A stretch of DNA of 64,000 bases from Octopus sinensis (taxonomy: Eukaryota). The DNA lies in the NCBI RefSeq assembly GCF_006345805.1, contig NC_043001.1:6014001-6078000 (forward strand), given 5' to 3'. The notes below the pieces were generated by a model, which was not told where the DNA came from, searched no databases, and saw only the letters and a program-made list of their open reading frames with translations. The position numbers and the translations under genes are program-made. This document shows, piece after piece, positions 55,210 through 64,000 of the stretch (its first letter is position 1; the number at the start of each line of letters is the position of its first letter).

Positions 55210-55559
55210 GGCGCAGGAGTGGCTGTGTGGTCAGTAGCGTGCTAAACAACCACATGGTTCCGAGTTCAGTCCCACTGCGTGGCATCTTGGGTAAGTGTCT
55301 TCTGCTATAGCCCCGGGCCGACCAATGCCTTGTGAGTGGATTTGGTAGACGGAAACTGAAAGAAGCCTGTCGTATATATGTATGTGTGTGTGTTTGTGTG
55401 TCTGTGTTTGTCCCCCTAGCATTGCTTGACAACCGATGCTGGTGTGTTTACGTCCCCGTCACTTAGCGGTTCGGCAAAAGAGACTAATAGAATAAGTACT
55501 GGGCTTACAAAGAATAAGTCCCGGGGTCGATTTGCTTGCGTAAAGGCGGTGCTCCAGCA
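55210..55559 (+). mobile_element. SINE family S1 (3'-truncated)
   Basis: Near-identical to 498-870. Confidence 0.9.
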
Positions 55560-55749
55560 GACCCACCTACGGGATTTATTTTGTTGCTCACACGGATTTT
55601 GAAATTCTAACTTACGTGAAAACGTTCAACTTTCGGAGATGAATGTAATTTTTTTACGCTGAGTCCAATGAAGTAATTCGATTATTCCAGAAAAATATTT
55701 TTTTAAAAACATATTAATAATGTTTAAACTTTGATAACTTTTCAGAAAA

Positions 55750-56786
55750 CATTAATTGAAAGCTAGGAAAACTAATGCAAAGAGCCATAAAACACGAACA
55801 AAACAAAAACAATGTTTTCAGTCTTTAATGAAGCTGACAAATACAAAAAAGAAGCCATATTACCTAAAAACTATGAACAAAAAGATGAAACAACAACAGC
55901 TTTAAAAAAACTGAATTCAAAATGAAACTGAAACAGCAACGGATCGTAATACAACGATGTCAAGAGAAGCCCCTTCGTGGCAAATCCTGGGTTAAACTAA
56001 GCGCAAAAGAAATGGACAAAGCAAAACCCCAACAGCGGCTCAGAAGCTCAGGACTCAAAACAGAGTTTCAACGATTTTTAGTTGCAGCACAAGACCAAAG
56101 CCTCCCTACTAGAAATTCCCAAAAACATATAAGGAAAAGAAACATAACAAGTAACTTCAGAATATGTGTAGATGGACAAGAAACAATATAATATATAGTC
56201 TCTGGCTAAGAAGGAATATATTCACAGATACCACAGAGTTGGGACCTATAAACACTGGAAGCTATGCCAACACTGTGAAATAACAAAAGAAAAAATAAGA
56301 AAGATAACAGAAAATGAGAAAGCAGCCACACTATAGGATACAATACAAACAGAGGGAAAAATTAAGGCTATAAGCCGGATAGAGTTACCGGGCATCATCA
56401 AGAAAAAATGCCTTCTAAATAATGTATCAATATCAACAGATGACAAGTTTCTCAAAACGAAATGGAGAAACTTTCTAAATGCGAAGACATGGAAACAGTG
56501 ATAACTCGACTGTGGAGTTTAATAACAGAAACAACTCCAATCATACTAGGCGCATCGGATATGATAAAGAAATATTCACACAAATACTTAACAAAAATAC
56601 CAGCACTTACAAATATATATACAACATACAGAAAATACTACTACTAGGCACCGCACAAATCCCACGTAGAACGCTTTCAATACAGTAACCATCAGAGCAT
56701 CACAACAAAGCAAAGCACATACTGAAGGCACACAGAGCTGCGCTCGGTAGTGAAGTGAAAGCCTATGATAAAATAAAACTACCGAA
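55750..56786 (+). mobile_element. R4/Dong-type non-LTR 3' fragment (CCHC zinc knuckle, REL, 3' UTR)
   Basis: EKPLRG...SSGLKTE...AAQDQSLPTR...ETI; LLGTAQIPRRTLSIQ; followed by (GAT)n/(AAT)n. Confidence 0.8.
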
Positions 56787-56844
56787 TGCTGATGACGATA
56801 AAGATGATGATGATGTTGATGATGGTGACTATGGTGGTGGTGAT

Positions 56845-56871
56845 AATAATAATAATAATAACAATAACAGC

Positions 56872-56930
<59 letters not shown>

Positions 56931-56940
56931 AATAATAATA

Positions 56941-56998
<58 letters not shown>
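56845..56998. repeat. (AAT)n microsatellite
   Basis: Directly visible. Confidence 0.95.
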
Positions 56999-57000
<2 letters not shown>

Positions 57001-57034
57001 AGTAGAAGAAGAAGAAGAATGATAATCATTATTA

Positions 57035-57870
57035 CTATTGCCTGGGGACATACTACAGTGTCACCTGTTCCCTACCAGAACTCGAGTGCTTCCAAGCAGT
57101 GCTTTTTTCTGCAAGTGCTCCATCCTTATTGCAGCTCTTATTTTTTCCACGAACTTCTCGAGATTTTTACTCACTGTTCCCAGGGTTGCGACGATTATTG
57201 GTACTACTGTTACCTTTTTCATCGATCACAACTGCTTAACTTCCCAAGCTAACCTTTCATACCCCTCGACATTTCTTTCTTCCTTATCGCATACCTTGTT
57301 GTCAGCCGGGTATGCTTCATTTGTGACCCAGCATAGTTTGTTTCCTTTCTCAATTAAAACTATATCTGGCCTCCTATTCTCTATCTCCTGGTCGCACTGA
57401 GTCATAAAATCCCATAGGATCTTTCTTTGCATTTCTATGTTCGTCGATGCCTTCAGGTATACGGTCCTACCACTTGTTTACTCTGTCAAGGTCATACTTG
57501 TTGCAAAGTGTCCAATTCATAAGCCTGACTGTATTGTCGCGGTGTCTCTTATATTCCTTCTGGGCTAGTGGGGTACATTGGCTTGTAGTATGCCATACAG
57601 CGTCACTATTTTGTCCACACATTCTGCATTTAACTCTTTCTGTTGTGTTGTCTATTCTGTATTTTATGCAGTTTGTTCTTAGTGCTTGCGCTTGGGCAGC
57701 ACAGATTACAGCCTACTTTTCCGGTTTTAAATCACTGTTTGTCCTCGACAGCCATTTTTTCTCTGTCTTTCTTATTTTCAACATCGCTATGAAATTGACC
57801 ATGCAGTCTTTTTTTACCCAACTATTTTCAGCTGCCTTCGTTTTCAATTTCTTGTATAGTGCTTAATCAT
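57035..57870 (-). mobile_element. R4/Dong-type non-LTR 3' fragment (zinc knuckle and REL endonuclease)
   Basis: KKRLHGQF, KILWDFMTQCDQEIENRRPDIVLIEK (PD motif), KVTVVPIIVATLG, LQKKALLGSTRVL. Confidence 0.85.
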
Positions 57871-57892
57871 AGCAATCTTTCATCCTACGTCA

Positions 57893-57948
57893 ATATTATT
57901 ATATTATTATTATTATTATTATTAATATTATTATTATTATTATTATTA

Positions 57949-58004
<56 letters not shown>

Positions 58005-58005
58005 G
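57893..58005. repeat. (ATT)n microsatellite
   Basis: Directly visible. Confidence 0.95.
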
Positions 58006-58860
58006 TCCTGGTAGAAAAAACTGTACGTAAGGGTTGCAAGATCAGGGAAACTGACTTAGCCATGTCATGGATCGATTATCCTAAGGGGTATGATATCATT
58101 CCTCATTCTTGGATTATGGATTTTTGAACCTATGTGGTACTGCATCGAAATTTGAGCGATGTGTTCGAAAAAATATGACGAAAGGGAGGACGCAACTGAC
58201 AGCATATGGAAGAAGTATAGGGTCAATAGAAATCAGGAAAGGCATCTTCGAAGGAGACTGCCTGTCAGCACTCTTCTTTGCAATATGCATGATACCACTA
58301 ACAGGGATTCTGAGGAAAACAAAGGCTGGGTATGAATCCCAAAGCGGCCAATAGAAAGTCAACCACTTCTTATCTATGGATGACATCAAACTTTATGGTA
58401 AAGATGAATCCCAAGTCAGTTCCCTCCTTGATACGGTGTATACTTTCAATGCTGATATCAGAATGGAGTTCCGACGGAAAAATGTGTGGTATTTTAGTCT
58501 TGAAGAGAGGCAAAATCAAATGCATGGGAGGGCTAGCGATACTGTCGGGGGAGGTTATGAGGCAGATAGAAGTGACGGGCTATAAGCACTTAGGGATATT
58601 TGAAATAGATAAATTGATGGAGAAAGAAATGACAGGACATTTTAAGATAGAATGCTTGCGCACACTGATACTTAAGTCGAAATTCAACAGACGGAATAAT
58701 ATATGGAGCAGGGGTAATCGCATGCACAGCAGACGAACTAAAAAGCTTAGACAGAAAGACAAGGAAGACGCTTACTATATATGGGATACGCGACACCCGC
58801 CTCTACGTTAATCTATCAGTGAGAGCGGAAGGATATGTAGCATCGAATGAATCCCCCTGA
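58006..58860 (+). mobile_element. R4/Dong-type reverse transcriptase fragment
   Basis: IRKGIFEGDCLSALFFAICMIPLT, KVNHFLSMDDIKLY, GYKHLG; frameshifted. Confidence 0.85.
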
Positions 58861-60094
58861 GACTAGACAGATTAATAGAGAGACGTGGCTTATCATTGGA
58901 AAGATTGACTTTCTATGTAATTGTTATTGTGTCCGTGTGTGTTGTGGCTCGACGCATCCTTATGAAAAGACAAAATAATTTTAATTTGCAGAAAAACAGA
59001 AATTTAGTAAAGAAATTATGTTTAACAGCAAAGTGAAGAACATATATTCTTGCATCTCTCACTTATCGTTGTAATTGTGCCTTACAAAACGTCTAAATAC
59101 ACTGAAATGCTACCTCATTTGCATTAACAAGGAAATTTACCAGTGAGCTGGCAAGCAATTAAATTAGTTTCGTAGGAATGAGAATTAATTAACTGTAAAT
59201 TGATGCCTATTTGTTATGATTTCCTGTCAACTCCTTGAAATTGATTACCATCTTCTGACGTGTGTAAACTCAGGATTTGACAAAGTATTACGTTTCCTAT
59301 TGAACCAAACGCTTCTTGCATAATATTGCATGAGATAATGTCGGATGTTATGTTATGAATTATTTATCGTTCGCGAGAAATGCAAATAATGTGAAATTTT
59401 GGAAAGGGGATATTTGTGAGAGTTATTTGGTTCATAACAAAAGTAGTGACCTTTGAAAAATTTTAAAGGAATTCGTATTTGTGTTCATACTGCTCGTTTT
59501 CTAATGTTAGGTAAAAGAAAATTCATTGGCTTCTACTATTATCTTACGAAACTTGTTACTAATTTAAGATAGTTTATCATGAATACGAGACAAAAAGCAT
59601 TTGTTACACAGACATTAAGTATAATCTCACGGAATATAATCTTCAACATACATGCATTATTTCGCATGAGAAAAATATTACTTATTAGATCATTAGGTTA
59701 TGGGTATACTGGAACAATCAGATGCAAGCCTTTTTTCAATGCAGGATGTGCAGATACCAGTCTGTTGTGTGTGATATTAATGAACTTTGTTCGCGCCATT
59801 TTGATATATAACGAATTATTCCTACATGAAGCTCAATATTTTTTAGCGAGGTGAAAGAGGGTGAATATTTCTAAGGCCCTGGTATTATTATAAACTTCTA
59901 GTTTCAAACGAGTAATGGATAGGGAACGTCAAGTAAAGATAAATTTCGCTGCTAAAACAAAATACAGCATACTTGTACACATGAATAAGTTTGGTAATAA
60001 AAATACATTGGTTCCTAGTGCAGGTTTAACAAGATGTGATGCAAGGGAAAAACAAGAAATATTCTTGCAAAAATCTCTGCTGACAAATCTTTCT

Positions 60095-60317
60095 TCAATT
60101 AGAATATATTGCGGAATAAAACTCTATGCCGAAAATATCATTATTTGTCTCGTCTGGTTTGTGAAATACTTCTTCTGTGTGAAATACCTCTTCGATGTGT
60201 ATGGTCTCTGGTATAGACATCGAGAAACCCTTTGAGTTAAACATCCTTCCTGCCACCACTTCCACTTCCCGTCGATTTTCAACGACATAATTCCGAAAAC
60301 ATAAGATACAATGAAGT
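60095..60317 (-). CDS. Possible terminal exon ([26 protein letters not shown]...YSN*), product unknown
   Basis: Strong pyrimidine tract plus AG acceptor; about 73 open codons; in-register antisense frame also open; no homology recognised. Confidence 0.2.
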
Positions 60318-60568
60318 CTACCATTAAAAAGAATTGTTAAAAGAAAGAAGTCACCAATTACGTTTGTTTATAGTTTTTGCAAAATTCATATATATTTCCT
60401 TTACGCTAAACACCTAGAAGACAGACGACGGATATTTCCCTCCATGACCAAGCATACATATGACCGTGTTCACACGTACGATAGGACACAAACACACACA
60501 CACACACACACACAAACACACATATATATATATACGTATATATATTATATATATATATATTATATATA

Positions 60569-60625
<57 letters not shown>

Positions 60626-60661
60626 GTATATGTGTGTGTGTTTGTGTATATATATATACAC

Positions 60662-60748
<87 letters not shown>

Positions 60749-61425
60749 GTTAGTCTCTTCTGAGTGTTTTTTATTTATTCCCTGAATGCCTAACGGAACA
60801 TTATTTTCCTTCTTCTATCTGTAAAATTATGAATAAAAAATAATGTGAGTTGTCCATTTATTACTGCTTGCGGTTTTTACGCGTCAATTGCATTTTATAT
60901 TTCCTACATTTGTCTTCATTGTGCCTCCACTGCATTCACCCATATCTTGCTTTATTTTTTATCATTATCTGGTCACCTACTAAATCCCACATCTACTTTG
61001 TGTATTTCAGTTATTTACTATCGCATAATTCTCATTGTATTATTATCACTTGAGAAAATAAACAGCAACCAAAATACATACATATGTGCTTTTTTTTCTG
61101 ATTAACTACACTGATCTCCTGAAAGGCAAATCATTAGGCACATCTTCAAATTGTACTGATTTTATTGCTGTAACCATTCTGGGTACTTAACGCATTGGTG
61201 CTTCTTATATTCGGCGCAAGTTGAATAGAAATTTCCATATCATCGGTTAACACATATGATAACACAACGCTTCAAATATGGGCTTCTTTCAGCAGAAAAC
61301 ACAATAAAATATTCTATTATTTTGTACAAAGAGAAACGATATAAAAAAAGACTTATATAGACCGCAAGCACACACACACACAGACACACACGCGCAATCA
61401 CGCACGCACGCACTCAAACATTCAT

Positions 61426-61525
<100 letters not shown>

Positions 61526-61599
61526 AGAAAGTTTTGAAATATAAAAACGAATGAACATGCTATATATGAAATAATATAACTTACCTTTGTATTGTTGTT

Positions 61600-61601
61600 G
61601 C

Positions 61602-61677
<76 letters not shown>
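61600..61677. repeat. (ATT)n microsatellite
   Basis: Directly visible. Confidence 0.95.
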
Positions 61678-62488
61678 TACATTTGAGTTATGTTGTCAGG
61701 CATTGATTACTGATAAAGGTCAGCGATTCTTGAAAGTATATAGAAAAGAACAAACAATTTTGAATACCTTTTTTTTTTTCATTTTCCTGTGAAGTTAATG
61801 TTAACATATATCATTAAAAATAAATGACTGCAAAAACTAGTCGGAAAAATAATCAATTTCATGAATAGCTTTTTTTTTTTTATTTCTACACATTTCTTTT
61901 TTTCGCTCTAACATAGCAAGTATATTCATGAAGGTGAAAATGTTATTTTCATCCAACACACCCTTCGTTGATGTAGATCTCGATAAGTATCGGTTATTCT
62001 GAATATGTGATAAAATAAGTTTTCCATTAACTAACAGTCAATAATAATACTATTTGTTTTCGGGGGGTTTTTGTAAGTGTTTTTTTGTTGTTATTAGATA
62101 AGAACCAGCAGTTGATGTTGAAACTGCAGGAATAACAATGTGAGGGATCAATACACTATTTAGTATTTTATTAGTTGCTCCACTCTTCAGTCGTACAATA
62201 AGATCTTTTGTATTGCTAAGTTATTTTATTAAGCCAATTGAAGACGAAAATGTTTAAAAATCGATGGAAGGTTAGGTATCGACAATGTGCACTGAATATA
62301 TTCAGATCGAAATGTTCTATATTCAAAATATACTCTGATATGCTCACATTTGCTATTTTTTAATATGTGCTGATACGCTTTCGTAGATTACACTTGCGCC
62401 CACTCATGCAAACAAACACACACACACAAACACATACAAGAAACACCCGTGTACACGTATGCATAGAACCACACGTACACATGCGTAC

Positions 62489-62525
<37 letters not shown>

Positions 62526-62540
62526 CATACACACATATAT

Positions 62541-62572
<32 letters not shown>

Positions 62573-62779
62573 CACACAATCTTGTATATACATATGCATA
62601 CATATGGATAGGAAGACGAATATATATGTTATTGTGTATACAAATGTATATAGATGTTAGTGCATGTATATATACATTCACGTATATGAAAATATTATAT
62701 ATGTGTATGTTTAAGTATATATGTGTACATGTATGCATATATATATACATATATATGTATGTATATATATATATATATA

Positions 62780-62960
<181 letters not shown>

Positions 62961-63946
62961 ATACAAACATATACGTACATACAGGCAGACATACATATGT
63001 ATAGAGTGAAAGAAAGATATAGAAAGAACGAGGAAGTGTGATGCTTCGAAATGTCACGGCCGTCACAGCGGCGATATCTTCCCGCGTCATTGGGTCTTGT
63101 TATAGATTCGCCGCAATATGTCGATATAATAATTGCGTTTGTTGAATTTCGTAAACGTCGATATGCGTCTTTGTGTGCCGACTGTGTACTGCATTGTCTC
63201 TAATGTATATCAGTCTTGCCTTACACTTGGGTTTCACTAGTGGTCTCAGAGGTGACAATTATATGCGATTTCAATTGTTAAGCCCCTACAGGAACAAAAA
63301 AACACCCTTTACAAACAATGTGTCTTGGAAAGAACATACGAAAACTTGATAGTCCCTTGCAGCCAAAATGGTTTTCTCTCACTGTTACTGGTTGAGTCAC
63401 ACTATAAGTTCTTTAACCAACGTCTTTACCCAACCTTTTCACATTTTCGCATTGTTCATGCATTGTGTACCATCTTCTTCTGGCGGTGTACAACATTTAT
63501 TTTATATTTTTCAATCAAAAGATTACTGGGTTTGCCGCTTTCTCTCCAACCTTTTCTCCAAGCCCTCATGCCACGTATACCATATCCACACCTATTTACC
63601 TTCTCCCGCAAAACTTAATGCATTCTTCTCAACCCTTAGGTAAACAATAGTATTCACTGTATCTCCGACACCACTTTCTAAACTTACATTCCAACACAGA
63701 CATCCTCCTCCACATCTACACCTCAACCCATACTTCTCTTTCTTCCTCACTAACATCATTCAAAACCACAGTATCGTGAATTTTCTTCTCGAATCTACAA
63801 AGTTTTCACACGTTATGTATATATAGTGTATATAATCTGTATATCATGATGAAGAGTTCTAGTCCAAATGTTAAACACCATTCCGTATTTATTTTAATCA
63901 TAAAGTTTCTAAAATATGTTAAAACGTACGTCCACATACACACACA

Positions 63947-64000
<54 letters not shown>

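Noticed and set aside
60845-61105. TM5/TM6-like hydrophobic peptides suggesting a third GPCR remnant
   Set aside because: Motifs occur in conflicting frames and order; T-rich DNA explains the hydrophobicity
63300-63790. Pyrimidine-rich stretch possibly a LINE 3' remnant on the minus strand
   Set aside because: No consistent RT or thumb motifs recovered in any frame

Overview
AT-rich eukaryotic genomic DNA with no prokaryotic genes, operons or CRISPR arrays. The SINE families and dense (TA)n, (GATA)n and (AAT)n microsatellites suggest a cephalopod (Octopus-like) genome; this is inferred from pattern recognition, and no database search was run. Almost all ORFs in the supplied track are microsatellite translations. 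The window holds three tRNA-derived SINE families (about 15 copies), a decayed RTE LINE, four R4/Dong-type non-LTR fragments beside trinucleotide tracts, two TIR elements, and two tentative class-A GPCR pseudogenes. The main hidden signal is about 18 minimal type-I hammerhead ribozyme (HHR) motifs, belonging to 8 sequence-unrelated families (here A, B, C, D, E, G, I, J) of short non-coding elements. Most sit inside (TA)n tracts. Many carry an inverted (fold-back) copy placed 5' of the ribozyme-sense unit. Two have a circularly permuted partial-tandem layout with units of about 530 and 463 nt, as expected for retrozymes copied from circular RNA. A Penelope-like GIY-YIG endonuclease fragment lies among them as a 334-bp near-perfect palindrome. 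Ribozyme activity, circular RNA and mobilisation are inferred, not shown.
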